Positions 36,860 to 49,148 of a stretch of DNA of 64,000 nucleotides are shown piece after piece. Source of the stretch: Candidatus Moranbacteria bacterium GW2011_GWC2_40_12 (lineage in GTDB: Bacteria > Patescibacteriota > Minisyncoccia > Moranbacterales > UBA11712). The stretch covers positions 270,563 to 334,562 of the forward strand of contig LBYD01000002.1 of the NCBI GenBank assembly GCA_000995965.1, in the 5' to 3' direction. The notes under the pieces are model-generated. The model was not told where the DNA came from. It made no database searches and worked only from the letters and a program-made list of their open reading frames with translations. Numbering within the stretch: position 1 is the first letter of the stretch; the number at the start of each line of letters is the position of its first letter. The translations under genes were made by a program, and so were the position numbers.

Positions 36860-38587
36860 ATGATAGCAACAAGAACTCGCCCCGATACGTCAGGTGCCAG
36901 GCGCCGTGCCAACCGAGGGGCTGTCAGAAACAATTTGAGAGTCATCCCGCTGGGAGGGCTTGAAGAAGTCGGCCGAAATATGACTGTCTTTGAGTATGGG
37001 AAAGACATTGTCATCGTCGATATGGGGCTGCAATTTCCGGAAGAGGATATGCCGGGGATTGACTATATAATCCCGAACTCCGATTATCTTCGCGGAAAAG
37101 AAAAAAATATCCGCGGTGTTATCATTACCCATGGCCATTATGACCACATCGGGGCCATTCCGCATCTTATTCCCAAACTTGGAAACCCTCCAGTCTTCGC
37201 GACAGAACTCACCCGCGGGATAATCATGAAACGTCAAGAAGAATATAAAAATCCGATCACAATCAAAACTGTCAAAAAAATAGACCGTTTGAAACTTGGA
37301 ATTTTCGACATCGAATTTTTTCACGTCAACCATACTATTCCAGACGGAGTAGGAGTATCGATAGGGACTCCGGTGGGAACAGTGATAGCGACGGGGGACT
37401 TCAAATTCGACCACAGCCCAATCGGTGACGCGCCGGCCGATATTGCCAAAATAGCCCGCATTGGCTCAGAGGGGGTACTTGCGCTTCTTTCTGATTCGAC
37501 GGACAGTCAAACGCCGGGATATTCTATTTCTGAATCTACGATCAAAAAAAATCTCGACGAAGTTCTCGAACACACCAGCGGAAGAATTATCGTCGCTACA
37601 TTCTCATCGCTCATCAGCCGCATCCAGCAGCTCATCCAGCTTTCAGAAAAATACGGGAGGAAGGTGGCAATCGACGGATATTCCATGAAAACAAATGTGG
37701 AAATCGCGAGGACGCTCGGGTATCTCGAAGTGCGCAAAAATACACTAATTCCGATCAACGAGGTGAATGATCATCCCGACAGTAAAGTGACGATTATTTG
37801 CACCGGCGCCCAGGGTGAAGACAAGGCGGTTCTGATGCGGATCGTAAACAACGAACACCGCTTCGTGAAAATCCACAAAAACGATACAATCGTATTTTCC
37901 TCTTCAGTTGTTCCGGGGAATGAACGGACGGTTCAAGGCCTCAAAGACGGGCTTTACCGTCGGGGCGCGAGAGTAATCCACAATGATATGCTTGATGTAC
38001 ATGCCGGAGGCCATGCCCGCCAGGAAGATCTCAAAATGATGATCAATCTTCTGCGGCCCAAATATTTGATTCCGGTGCACGGCCACTATTATATGAGGCG
38101 CCTGCACGGAGAACTGGCCGAGCAAGTCGGCATGAGCCTTGAGAATGTCTTTATTGGTTCTAATGGCCAGGTGATTGAATTCGATTATCGCGGAAACGGG
38201 AAACTGATGGATGAAAAAGCGCCTTCAAGTTATGTAATGGTAGACGGTCTTGGCGTCGGCGACATCGGCCAGGTTGTTCTTCGCGACCGGCAGGTTCTGG
38301 CAAAAGACGGAATGTTCACGATTGTGACAATCATTGATTCCAAAACCAAGCGGGTCATCGGCGAGCCGCAAGTTACTTCGAGGGGTTTTATATATGTGAA
38401 GGAAAATTTTGATCTCGTGAACGCGACCAAAAAGAAAGTGAAAGACGTGGTCCACAACGCGACTTCAAAAGACGAGAAAGTCAACTGGGCCTATGTCAAA
38501 GACAATATCCGCGACACGGTCGGCCAATTTCTCTATTCGAAAACCCAACGCCGCCCGATGGTCCTGCCAGTGGTGATTGAGGTGTAG
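36860..38587 (+). CDS. rnj: Ribonuclease J
   Basis: PLGGLEEVGRNM, THGHYDHIGA, TGDFK, GAQGE, PGNE, HAGGHA, PVHG, RRPMVLPV. Confidence 0.96.
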   Translation: MIATRTRPDTSGARRRANRGAVRNNLRVIPLGGLEEVGRNMTVFEYGKDIVIVDMGLQFPEEDMPGIDYIIPNSDYLRGKEKNIRGVIITHGHYDHIGAIPHLIPKLGNPPVFATELTRGIIMKRQEEYKNPITIKTVKKIDRLKLGIFDIEFFHVNHTIPDGVGVSIGTPVGTVIATGDFKFDHSPIGDAPADIAKIARIGSEGVLALLSDSTDSQTPGYSISESTIKKNLDEVLEHTSGRIIVATFSSLISRIQQLIQLSEKYGRKVAIDGYSMKTNVEIARTLGYLEVRKNTLIPINEVNDHPDSKVTIICTGAQGEDKAVLMRIVNNEHRFVKIHKNDTIVFSSSVVPGNERTVQGLKDGLYRRGARVIHNDMLDVHAGGHARQEDLKMMINLLRPKYLIPVHGHYYMRRLHGELAEQVGMSLENVFIGSNGQVIEFDYRGNGKLMDEKAPSSYVMVDGLGVGDIGQVVLRDRQVLAKDGMFTIVTIIDSKTKRVIGEPQVTSRGFIYVKENFDLVNATKKKVKDVVHNATSKDEKVNWAYVKDNIRDTVGQFLYSKTQRRPMVLPVVIEV

Positions 38588-38917
38588 TGAAAAGTCCGGC
38601 TCTGGGGAATTGCGGCAACTTAACTTTACCCTAGAGCTGAGCTCTAGGGTCAGTGAACCTTTTTTGTCCGTAAAGCGAAGCAAATAAGCGCATTCAGGAA
38701 TTTCAGTAAGATGCTTTCCTCTGAGCACCAGGCGCAGGCGCATTCCTTTGTGCCACAGATCAGGCAGAATGTTGTGAAAAACCATTACCGCTCCGCGTAA
38801 TTCCGTAATCAGGAGAGTGCTGACTTTAGCGGGAAAATTGCTAAGAGTATCCTGTTCCAGATCACTGAGCTGGTAACGAGAAACTTCCCAGTCGTATATA
38901 TCTTCGAAAAAAGCCAT
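38465..38917 (-). CDS. Hypothetical protein; 3' part runs through a palindrome and overlaps rnj
   Basis: SD-like GGAG upstream; plausible first ~88 codons, tail derived from the palindrome and rnj antisense. Confidence 0.4.
   Translation of the reverse strand: MAFFEDIYDWEVSRYQLSDLEQDTLSNFPAKVSTLLITELRGAVMVFHNILPDLWHKGMRLRLVLRGKHLTEIPECAYLLRFTDKKGSLTLELSSRVKLSCRNSPEPDFSLHLNHHWQDHRAALGFRIEKLADRVADIVFDIGPVDFLVF
38628..38650. repeat. 23-bp palindrome identical to the ychF-internal copy
   Basis: ACCCTAGAGCTGAGCTCTAGGGT. Confidence 0.85.
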
Positions 38918-39047
38918 GTGTTTTTCTCCGGATATTTTTTTCGAATGTAGCTAATTAACCCAAAAAAAGCCAACTTTAGCGTAAGCTCTTTACTTTTTAT
39001 TCAAACTGCTATACAATAAACGCTTAGCAGTTTTCTTTTGCTTCAAA

Positions 39048-41840
39048 ATGAACAAATCCCATCTTATCATCAAAGGGGCGCGGGTGAATAATTTGAAAAA
39101 CGTCTCCGTCAAGATTCCCCGTGACAAAATTGTGGTCATCACCGGCCTTTCGGGCTCCGGGAAAAGCTCGCTTGCTTTTGACACGATTTTCGCCGAAGGG
39201 CATCGCCGCTATGTTGAAAACCTTTCCGCCTACGCGCGGCAATTTTTGAACGTTGCAAAAAAGCCGGATGTCGACAAAATCGAGAACCTTTCGCCGGTGA
39301 TCGCCATCAATCAGATAAACGTCAACCGTTCGCCGAGGTCAACTGTTGGAACAATGACCGAGATATACGACTATTTCCGGATTCTTTTCGCTCAAATAGG
39401 GAAACCGCATTGCCCGAAATGCGGCGCAGCGCTCACTCGAAAGACGGCCGCTGAAGTTGCAAAAGAAACGATTGCGCATTCAGGCGGGAGAGAAGCGCAA
39501 ATTGCGGTTCTGGCGCCGATTCAAATCGGGAACGAAAGCGCCAAAGAAAAATTATCCGAAATCAAGCAGTCCGGATACGCGCGCCTTCGGGTAAACAAAA
39601 AAATAATGACGGCTGACCAGCTTCAACTGGCGGGCCATCCCGGGATTGAAAGCTTGGAAGTCGTTGTTGATCGAGTGACGATAAAAAACAACTTTCAGGA
39701 CAAGGAAAGGCTGATTGACTCGATTGAAACTGCCATGAAATTGGGGAAAGGCGAAGTGATAATTGCTTCGACTGAAAAAAACGATTTAGAAAAAAGATAT
39801 AACCGTTATCTTTTTTGCGCGGACTGCCAGATCACAATTCCTGAAATCACCCCCCGCCATTTTTCTTTCAATAACCCCGAAGGAGCCTGCCCCGCTTGCT
39901 CGGGACTCGGAACAAAGCTCGAAGTTGATATAGGCCAAATAATCCCAAACAGGAATCTTTCTCTTCGGGAAGGGGCGGTGAGGCCCTGGAGCGGGCTGGG
40001 TCTTCGCGGCGGAATCCAAAATGGCTATCATAAAGCCCTTGAAGCGCTGTCAAAAAAACACCATTTTTCCATGGATAAGCCAGTCAAGGAATTGAAGAAA
40101 ATTGCTTTTGAAGTTCTTCTTCAGGGTGACCAGGAGCTCGGGTACGAGGGAATTGTTCCCACTCTTGAGCGAAAATTCCGTGAAGCTGGATCCGATTTTG
40201 TCCGGTCGGAAATCGAGAAATACATGATTATCAAAATCTGCCCGGTCTGCCGGGGAAAACGTTTGAAGCCGGAATCACTTTCCGTGAAAATTGGCGGCAA
40301 AACGATTGATGATATCAGCAAAATAAGCCTCGACAAATTCAATGCTGAGATCAAAAAAATGATGGGAAGCGAGCAGCTGACATCCGTTGAAAGAGATTTG
40401 TTCAAGGAAATTTTCAAGGAAACGGAAAAGATCGTGGACCATCTTTCAGAAACCGGACTGGGGTATCTCAACCTATCGCGAAACGCCAACTCGCTTTCCG
40501 GCGGGGAGGCGCAAAGGGTGCGTCTGTCAACCCAAATCGGGTCGGGACTAACCGGAATCCTTTACGTTCTCGATGAACCCTCAATCGGACTTCATGAGAG
40601 GGATACCGAAAAACTGATAAGCGCATTCCGGAAGCTCAAAGAAGAAGGGTCAAGTGTCATAGTGGTCGAACATGACGGAAAAATTATCCGTGCGGCTGAC
40701 TGGGTGGTTGATATGGGACCGGGAGCTGGGGATGCCGGAGGCGAGATAGTTTTCGAGGGAACTTCTCAAAAGCTTTTTCTTTCAAAAACTTCAACGGGAA
40801 AATATCTACGCGGAAAGAAAAAAGTTTTTGATAAGAAAAATTTCAGAAAAGGAAATGGAAAAAAGATTGAAATTATCGGCGCAAGCGAAAATAACCTTCG
40901 GGATATCAATGTTTCTTTTCCTCTCGGCAAATTTGTGGCAATGGCCGGTGTTTCGGGATCAGGAAAAAGCACGCTAGTCGAAGACATTCTGGCGCGGTCA
41001 CTTCGCAAACACTTTTGGAAGACCAAAGATATTCCTGGAGCGCATAAAAAAATAAAAGGGTTTGAAAATATCTCAAAGGTAGTGAGTGTTGACCAGTCGC
41101 CGATTGGCCGCACGCCTCGTTCCAATGCGGCGACCTATACGGGAATTTTTTCTTATATCCGGGATATTTTTGCCGATACCGACGAGGCTAAAAAACGCGG
41201 TTATATTCCTTCACGCTTCAGCTTCAATATGAAAGGCGGGCGCTGCGAGGCCTGCCAAGGCGAAGGACAAAAGAAAATCGAAATGCATCTTCTTCCTGAC
41301 ATTTTTGCTCCGTGTGAAATTTGCGCCGGGTCGCGTTTCAACGCGAAAACGCTGGAAATTGAATACCAGGGAGTGAATGTGGCCGAAGTTCTTGATATGA
41401 GCGTTGATTACGCCCTTCGTTTTTTCCATCGTTTTCCGCTGGTGGCAGAAAAACTGAAAACTCTTTCCGAAGTGGGGCTTGGATATTTGAAGCTTGGTCA
41501 GTCGGCGATGAATCTTTCCGGAGGGGAGGCCCAGAGAATCAAACTTTCAACGGAGCTGGCCCGCCGAACCAATGGAAAAACGTTGTATATTCTCGACGAG
41601 CCGACTATCGGTCTTCACTTCGAGGATGTTTCGCGGCTTCTCAAAATTCTTGATGAACTGGTGGAAAAAGGAAACACAGTTCTGGTAGTTGAACATAATC
41701 CGGACGTTATCCGCGCGGCCGATTGGGTGATTGAGCTGGGTCCGGAAGGGGGCGAGGATGGTGGCCGGGTAGTTTTTGAGGGAACGCCGGACAAACTTGC
41801 AAGAGCGAAAACGTGGACAGCGCGCTATATGAAACTCTAA
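39048..41840 (+). CDS. uvrA: Excinuclease ABC subunit A
   Basis: Two ABC cassettes ([16 protein letters not shown]; LSGGEAQR twice) and CxxC zinc fingers. Confidence 0.97.
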   Translation: MNKSHLIIKGARVNNLKNVSVKIPRDKIVVITGLSGSGKSSLAFDTIFAEGHRRYVENLSAYARQFLNVAKKPDVDKIENLSPVIAINQINVNRSPRSTVGTMTEIYDYFRILFAQIGKPHCPKCGAALTRKTAAEVAKETIAHSGGREAQIAVLAPIQIGNESAKEKLSEIKQSGYARLRVNKKIMTADQLQLAGHPGIESLEVVVDRVTIKNNFQDKERLIDSIETAMKLGKGEVIIASTEKNDLEKRYNRYLFCADCQITIPEITPRHFSFNNPEGACPACSGLGTKLEVDIGQIIPNRNLSLREGAVRPWSGLGLRGGIQNGYHKALEALSKKHHFSMDKPVKELKKIAFEVLLQGDQELGYEGIVPTLERKFREAGSDFVRSEIEKYMIIKICPVCRGKRLKPESLSVKIGGKTIDDISKISLDKFNAEIKKMMGSEQLTSVERDLFKEIFKETEKIVDHLSETGLGYLNLSRNANSLSGGEAQRVRLSTQIGSGLTGILYVLDEPSIGLHERDTEKLISAFRKLKEEGSSVIVVEHDGKIIRAADWVVDMGPGAGDAGGEIVFEGTSQKLFLSKTSTGKYLRGKKKVFDKKNFRKGNGKKIEIIGASENNLRDINVSFPLGKFVAMAGVSGSGKSTLVEDILARSLRKHFWKTKDIPGAHKKIKGFENISKVVSVDQSPIGRTPRSNAATYTGIFSYIRDIFADTDEAKKRGYIPSRFSFNMKGGRCEACQGEGQKKIEMHLLPDIFAPCEICAGSRFNAKTLEIEYQGVNVAEVLDMSVDYALRFFHRFPLVAEKLKTLSEVGLGYLKLGQSAMNLSGGEAQRIKLSTELARRTNGKTLYILDEPTIGLHFEDVSRLLKILDELVEKGNTVLVVEHNPDVIRAADWVIELGPEGGEDGGRVVFEGTPDKLARAKTWTARYMKL

Positions 41841-41948
41841 ATCCGAAATCCTAAATTCTAAATAAATTCTAATTTTCCAAATTCGAATGATCAAAGTGTT
41901 TTGTATTTTGATATTATTTCGGATTTAGTGCTTAGGATTTAGGATTTG
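41836..41948. repeat. Heptamer-periodic inverted repeat element
   Basis: AAATCCGAAATCCTAAATTCTAAA ... TTTAGTGCTTAGGATTTAGGATTT. Confidence 0.7.
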
Positions 41949-41953
41949 ATCTT

Positions 41954-42871
41954 ATGCAATCTCAACTTTCCAAAAATATCTTTCAAACTATTCTATATTA
42001 TGATATTCTAAACTATCCGTTGACTTCTTTTGAGGTCTGGAAATATTTGATCGCGGAGAATAGTTGCGGTTTGGGTGATGTGGTTGAAGCGCTTGAAAAA
42101 AGAGATATTGAAAAATATATCGAGGAGTTTCAAGGATTTTATTTTCTGCGCGGGAGGAAAGAATTGGTCGAGCGGCGGATCCAGAATGACAAAAATTCAA
42201 TTCTGAAATACAAAATTGCCGAGCGAGTCGTGAAATGGCTGAGATTTGTCCCGTTTGTTCGGATGATTGCCGTGACGGGAACGCTCGGGATGAAAAATTG
42301 TGAAAAAGATAGTGATATAGATTTTTTTGTGGTTCTCAAAAAAGGAAGAATATTCACCGGGCGGCTGCTGGTTACATCTTTGGTGCACATTTTAGGAAAA
42401 AGAAGATACGGAAACAAAATCAAGAATAGAATATGTTTGAATTATTTTATCACTACTGAGAACTTAGAAATCGGGCGCCAGAACCTTTTTGCCGCGAACG
42501 AATATTCCTTTATATATCCTCTTTTTGGGTTTGATGCATATCAGCGTTTCAGTGAAGAAAATATCGCCTGGATCAAAAAATACAAGTCTAATTTTGAATA
42601 CGGAGACCTAATGCCGGCTAAATATTTCGTGGAGATCGAATCTCTACAGGAGAAAATACAAAGTTTTTTTGAAAGCTTGATAAATCTATTTTGGGGTGAT
42701 AGGATAGAAGCCTGGTTCAAGAGGAAACAGATTGAAAAAATAAAGCGCAACCCGCTCACGTATAAAAAAGGGGGGTACGTGGAATATAATGACGAGAATC
42801 TGATTTTTCTGCCAGAGCCGCAAGGAGAGAAGATCTTTCAAAAATTTCAGGAAAAATTAAAAACGAGCTAA
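41954..42871 (+). CDS. Pol-beta-like nucleotidyltransferase domain protein
   Basis: PFVRMIAVTGT......DSDIDFFVV (hG[S/T]...DxD). Confidence 0.75.
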   Translation: MQSQLSKNIFQTILYYDILNYPLTSFEVWKYLIAENSCGLGDVVEALEKRDIEKYIEEFQGFYFLRGRKELVERRIQNDKNSILKYKIAERVVKWLRFVPFVRMIAVTGTLGMKNCEKDSDIDFFVVLKKGRIFTGRLLVTSLVHILGKRRYGNKIKNRICLNYFITTENLEIGRQNLFAANEYSFIYPLFGFDAYQRFSEENIAWIKKYKSNFEYGDLMPAKYFVEIESLQEKIQSFFESLINLFWGDRIEAWFKRKQIEKIKRNPLTYKKGGYVEYNDENLIFLPEPQGEKIFQKFQEKLKTS

Positions 42872-42899
42872 GCCCGATTTAGCTCAATGAGGAGGAGAC

Positions 42900-43154
42900 A
42901 TGGCTGAAAAAGTCGCAAAGGTGGTGCTGACGTATCCGCCAGAAGTGTGGGAAAGAATAAATCCCGAGCAGGAAGCCATGACACTTGGGACTAGAGGTTT
43001 TTACTGCGTGACTGATCTAAAGGAAGGAATTATCAACGCTGTTCCTTTCAGTCACATTGACCCCCGAAAGGTTTTTAACGACGATGTCGTAAGAAATCTG
43101 AAATTGATGGGGATTGGAATTGAATTTAAACCGGAGGAAGTCCAACGATATTAA
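42900..43154 (+). CDS. Small hypothetical protein (possible paralog of 7116-7331)
   Basis: SD GAGGAGG; followed by a hairpin at about 43160-43183. Confidence 0.7.
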   Translation: MAEKVAKVVLTYPPEVWERINPEQEAMTLGTRGFYCVTDLKEGIINAVPFSHIDPRKVFNDDVVRNLKLMGIGIEFKPEEVQRY

Positions 43155-43192
43155 AACGGATGGCCTGGCGCAACGCCGGGCCACCCAACTTC

Positions 43193-43220
43193 TTGACAAC
43201 AAAAAATAATTTTCTATAAT
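43193..43220 (+). promoter_or_regulatory. groEL sigma70 promoter
   Basis: TTGACA-N16-TATAAT. Confidence 0.75.
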
Positions 43221-43231
43221 ACCTATTGCGG

Positions 43232-43258
43232 TTGGCAGTCTCGGCGTTCGAGTGCTAA
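43232..43258 (+). promoter_or_regulatory. CIRCE element (HrcA operator)
   Basis: TTGGCAGTC-N9-GAGTGCTAA versus consensus TTAGCACTC-N9-GAGTGCTAA. Confidence 0.88.
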
Positions 43259-43269
43259 CGCTCTCGAAC

Positions 43270-45130
<1,861 letters not shown>

Positions 45131-45153
45131 AGTAAACTAGTATATTTTTAAGA

Positions 45154-45182
45154 ATAAGGCTTGTATAAGCCTTTTTCTTTTG
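45154..45182 (+). terminator. groEL terminator
   Basis: AAGGCTT-GTAT-AAGCCTTTTTCTTTT. Confidence 0.65.
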
Positions 45183-45291
45183 TTCGGGTTTGTCAAAATC
45201 TGAGAAATGTTCTAAAAAAAGATTAGATTACAAAGTAATCTTTTCCCGAAACTAAATCAATATTAACAATATTTTTGCGCAGGAGGGCGCC

Positions 45292-45657
45292 ATGGGAGAA
45301 ATTGAGGCAGTATTGTTTGGAAATGGACCCGGCGGGTTAGTTTTTTCGGGCAGAGTAGAGTTAAGTGAAATTCCCGGAGATGAAGAAGGCCCATTCAACA
45401 TGGACTGGCCAATGGATGAGAGGGTTTATGAAAAACCCAAAGTAATGACGGAAGTCATCCCGCCATCCAAAAAAGGCCGACACAGGACATTCAAATGCCT
45501 GGTGACTTTCTACACCGGGGAAGAGGTCGCCTTTTACTTCAAAGAAGGCAGGGATACTGTCGAAGAAGACGGTGAGAACTTGCCACTAAAGATGGGTCTT
45601 ATCATGACTGGTGACCGGGGGACACCGTCTGATTACTATGCCTCTCTCCATCTTTGA
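45292..45657 (+). CDS. Hypothetical acidic protein
   Basis: SD AGGAGG, 121 aa, downstream hairpin. Confidence 0.65.
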   Translation: MGEIEAVLFGNGPGGLVFSGRVELSEIPGDEEGPFNMDWPMDERVYEKPKVMTEVIPPSKKGRHRTFKCLVTFYTGEEVAFYFKEGRDTVEEDGENLPLKMGLIMTGDRGTPSDYYASLHL

Positions 45658-45843
45658 ACTTAGGCCGATATTTTTTAGGGGGGAGTAGGCGCCTGTCACG
45701 CGTGAGTTTCCGCGGGGCAGGCGTATTTTTTTCCGGATAGTCTGAAATATATTCGATATTTTACCTTGTGGCATTTTTTTGTGCCCTTTTCTTTTATTTG
45801 TGGTATAATGTAGCTATGAATAATCCGCATAAAACAGAAAAAT

Positions 45844-46800
45844 ATGTTCTGGAAGTTTCTCGACGATATCAATTTTGTCGCCCGGTGCAAAAAGTATAAT
45901 ATAGGCATGTGGCAGTGTCCGAATTTCCTTTTTTTGGTGATGGGCTTCCTGACTGTAGTGTCAATGTTCGGGACATATTTTGCCTCGAAAAGTTTTGACG
46001 ACGAGACAGTGACGATTGTGAGTGTGACCATCGTTGCCGCCATTATTGTCACTATCGGCAGCCTAATTATTCGCGGGGTAGAAAGAATAGCCGAAGCAAA
46101 TGTAATGAAAAACGAGTTCATTTCCATTGTTTCCCACCAGCTTTGCAGTCCTCTTTCGGCGATCAAGTGGAATATGGAGATTTTGGAAAACGATGAATTC
46201 ACAGATTATTCTAAGCTGACTTCAAAACAAGTGATTTTTCTGAAAAATGTCAAAGAGGCTAATGATAAGATGCTAAAGCTCGTTAACCAGCTGCTTGAAG
46301 TCAACCGCATTGACGAGGGAAGGGCGGTCTTGAAACATGAAAATGTTGATCTTGGTGAAATAGCCGACCAGGCAATTTCAGAGCTGAAAGACCTGATATC
46401 GGAGCGGGAGGTTGAAGTAAAGAAAAGAATAGCCCCGGACCTGCCCCCTGTTTCCGCGGACGCAGCGGGAATAAAAACCGCGATCAAGAACCTTATAAGC
46501 AACGCGATAAAGTATTCTCGCCAAAAAGGAGAAGTGGAGGTGGACTTGAAAGCGAACGGAAGAAAAATTCTCCTTACGGTGAAAGACCGGGGGGTCGGTA
46601 TCCCCCGCTACCAGCACAGGAAAGTTTTTGAAAAATTTTTCCGCAGCGCCAACGAAGCCCGATACCGGACGGACGGGATAGGTCTTGGACTTTATCTCGC
46701 GAGAGCAATTGTTGAAAACCTCGGAGGAAAGCTCTGGTTTGAAAGCGAAGCCGGGAAAGGATCAACTTTTTTTGTGAGCATCCCGGTCGTTCAAAAATAA
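45844..46800 (+). CDS. Sensor histidine kinase
   Basis: Two TM helices, SHQL.SPL H-box, NLISNAIKY, DRGVGI, GIGLGL. Confidence 0.93.
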   Translation: MFWKFLDDINFVARCKKYNIGMWQCPNFLFLVMGFLTVVSMFGTYFASKSFDDETVTIVSVTIVAAIIVTIGSLIIRGVERIAEANVMKNEFISIVSHQLCSPLSAIKWNMEILENDEFTDYSKLTSKQVIFLKNVKEANDKMLKLVNQLLEVNRIDEGRAVLKHENVDLGEIADQAISELKDLISEREVEVKKRIAPDLPPVSADAAGIKTAIKNLISNAIKYSRQKGEVEVDLKANGRKILLTVKDRGVGIPRYQHRKVFEKFFRSANEARYRTDGIGLGLYLARAIVENLGGKLWFESEAGKGSTFFVSIPVVQK

Positions 46801-46860
46801 TCGCACAACAAAAGAGCAAACGATTGCGGATCAATAAAACTAACAATTTAATCAAAAAAA

Positions 46861-47241
46861 ATGCCAGAGCAAGAAAAAAAGAAAATATTGGTTATCGAAG
46901 ACGACCGGTCTCTCCAAAACGCCCTGGTTGAAATTATCACTCAGGAAGGATTTGCGTCAGAAAGCGCGTTGGATGGAGAAGAAGGTCTTGCGAAAATAAG
47001 GACTTTCGCGCCGGATCTTATTCTTCTTGACATTATCCTTCCAAAAAAAGACGGCTTTGAGGTGCTGGCGGAGATCAAAAAGGACGAAGCGATGAAAAAT
47101 ATTCCGGTTCTGATTCTCACCAATCTGGAAGAAGTGGATAATGTCCAAAAAGCCCTGGATCTCGGAGCGACAAATTATATGGTGAAATCTGATTTCAGTC
47201 TCAAGGATGTGGTGGAAAAGATAAGAGCATCTATGAAATAA
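46861..47241 (+). CDS. Single-domain response regulator
   Basis: ILVIEDD, LILLDIILP..DG, LTN, VK. Confidence 0.93.
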   Translation: MPEQEKKKILVIEDDRSLQNALVEIITQEGFASESALDGEEGLAKIRTFAPDLILLDIILPKKDGFEVLAEIKKDEAMKNIPVLILTNLEEVDNVQKALDLGATNYMVKSDFSLKDVVEKIRASMK

Positions 47242-47286
47242 TATTTCAATATTTCTTTTTTATCCTAAACCAAAAATAAAGAAAAA

Positions 47287-49026
47287 ATGTTTGTTGATAA
47301 TGAGAGACTGAAAAGTTTCCTGTTGGACTCTGGAATGGCAAAGGCGGATGTGATCGACCAGGAAATGGAAGAAAGCCAAAGAACCGGCAAACGCCTCGGG
47401 GACCTTTTGGTCGAAAAGAAAATTCTCGACAGCAATCAAATCCGCCAACTTTATTCCTATATTCTGGGGATTCCATTTGTAAATCTTGAAAAGGAACCTA
47501 TCCCGAAAGAGGTTCTTCAGATAATTCCGGAACCGATTGCGAAAAAATACAAGATTGTCGCTTTCAAAAAAACCAATCTTGAGCTCAAAGTGGCCATGCT
47601 CAATCCGGAGGATATCCAGACGATTGACTTCATCCGCAAAAAAACCGGTCTCAAAATTTCTCCTTGCATCACGACGGAAGACGGAATCACAAACGCCCTC
47701 AAGCAATATGAGCAAAGTCTCAAAGCGGAATTCGGAGATATTATCGAAAAAAACAGCGGCGTGATTTCAGGAAAAGGCGATCTTGAAAAGGCGGCCCAGG
47801 ACCTTCCGGTAATTCGGATCGTTGACACGCTTCTCAAGCATGCGATTCTGCAAGAGGCAAGTGACATTCACATTGAGCCCGATGAAAAAGAAGTGAGAGT
47901 AAGATACCGGATTGACGGAATTTTGCATGACGCTATGTCGCTCCCAAAAGCGATCATTGACGGTATTGTCGCTAGAATAAAAATTTTGGCAAATCTGAAG
48001 CTCGACGAGCACCGCATGCCGCAGGATGGAAGATTCAAAATTGATCAGGACGGCCACAGGGTGGCCTTTCGCGTTTCGATTCTTCCTGTTTATTCCGGTG
48101 AAAAAGTTGTGATGCGGCTTCTTGATGAATCGTCGAAGGGCCTTACGCTTGAAGCAATGGGATTATGGGGGAGTCCTCTTGAAAAAATTCACCAAGCAAT
48201 CAAGCGGCCTAATGGAATGATACTGGTGACCGGACCAACTGGATCAGGAAAAACAACAACCCTTTATACAGTAATGGATATTCTCAATACTCCCCAGGTG
48301 AATATTTCCACCGTTGAAGATCCTATAGAATACAAGATGTTTCGCATCAACCAGACACAGGTGAGCCCCCAAATCGGCCTAACTTTTTCCCAAGGACTGC
48401 GGGCGCTTCTTCGGCAAGATCCGGACATCATCATGGTCGGGGAAATTCGCGATAATGAAACGATGGAAATCGCTATTCACGCGGCGATGACCGGCCACCT
48501 GGTTCTTTCCACGCTTCATACAAATAGCGCAGCTGGAACGGTTCCGCGGCTTCTTGATATGGGTGCCGAGCCTTTTCTCATCGCCTCGACAGTCAATGTT
48601 GTGATGGCTCAGCGGCTAGTGCGCCGGTTGTGTTCCGACTGCCGGCAGGGCTTTACTCTAGATAAGGATCTTCTGGAATCTCTTCGCGGGCAAGTCGATT
48701 TGGACAGAGTTCTCGACTTGGCCCGTCAGAATAATATATTGGAAAAATCGCTGGCCGATAACAACGACTGGTCAAAAATCACTTTTTACCGTCCAGGAGG
48801 CTGCTCGCGCTGCCGAAATGAGGGGTACAAAGGAAGAATTGGAATTTTCGAAGTTTTGGAAATCTCTGAAACAATTTCCCAAATGGTCTCGAAGCGGGCA
48901 AGCAGTGATGAGATTGAGGAGCAGGCCAAAAAAGAAGGAATGATGCAAATGATGGAAGACGGAATGATAAAGGCTGTGCAAGGAATCACCTCAATTGAAG
49001 AGATATTGAGAGTAACAAAGGATTAG
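47287..49026 (+). CDS. pilB: Type IV pilus assembly ATPase (PilB/GspE)
   Basis: ASDIHIEP, GPTGSGKTT, LRQDPD, GHLVLSTLH, CxxC pairs. Confidence 0.93.
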   Translation: MFVDNERLKSFLLDSGMAKADVIDQEMEESQRTGKRLGDLLVEKKILDSNQIRQLYSYILGIPFVNLEKEPIPKEVLQIIPEPIAKKYKIVAFKKTNLELKVAMLNPEDIQTIDFIRKKTGLKISPCITTEDGITNALKQYEQSLKAEFGDIIEKNSGVISGKGDLEKAAQDLPVIRIVDTLLKHAILQEASDIHIEPDEKEVRVRYRIDGILHDAMSLPKAIIDGIVARIKILANLKLDEHRMPQDGRFKIDQDGHRVAFRVSILPVYSGEKVVMRLLDESSKGLTLEAMGLWGSPLEKIHQAIKRPNGMILVTGPTGSGKTTTLYTVMDILNTPQVNISTVEDPIEYKMFRINQTQVSPQIGLTFSQGLRALLRQDPDIIMVGEIRDNETMEIAIHAAMTGHLVLSTLHTNSAAGTVPRLLDMGAEPFLIASTVNVVMAQRLVRRLCSDCRQGFTLDKDLLESLRGQVDLDRVLDLARQNNILEKSLADNNDWSKITFYRPGGCSRCRNEGYKGRIGIFEVLEISETISQMVSKRASSDEIEEQAKKEGMMQMMEDGMIKAVQGITSIEEILRVTKD

Positions 49027-49148
49027 TTCGAAATGTCTGCTGAAAATGAGAAATTTATTTTATACATTCAGTTAGTTTTGGCTTTGTAATCATTCTCAAA
49101 TTAAGATCGTCATATTGCATTTAGTTTATAAATTATAATTTACCTTTC

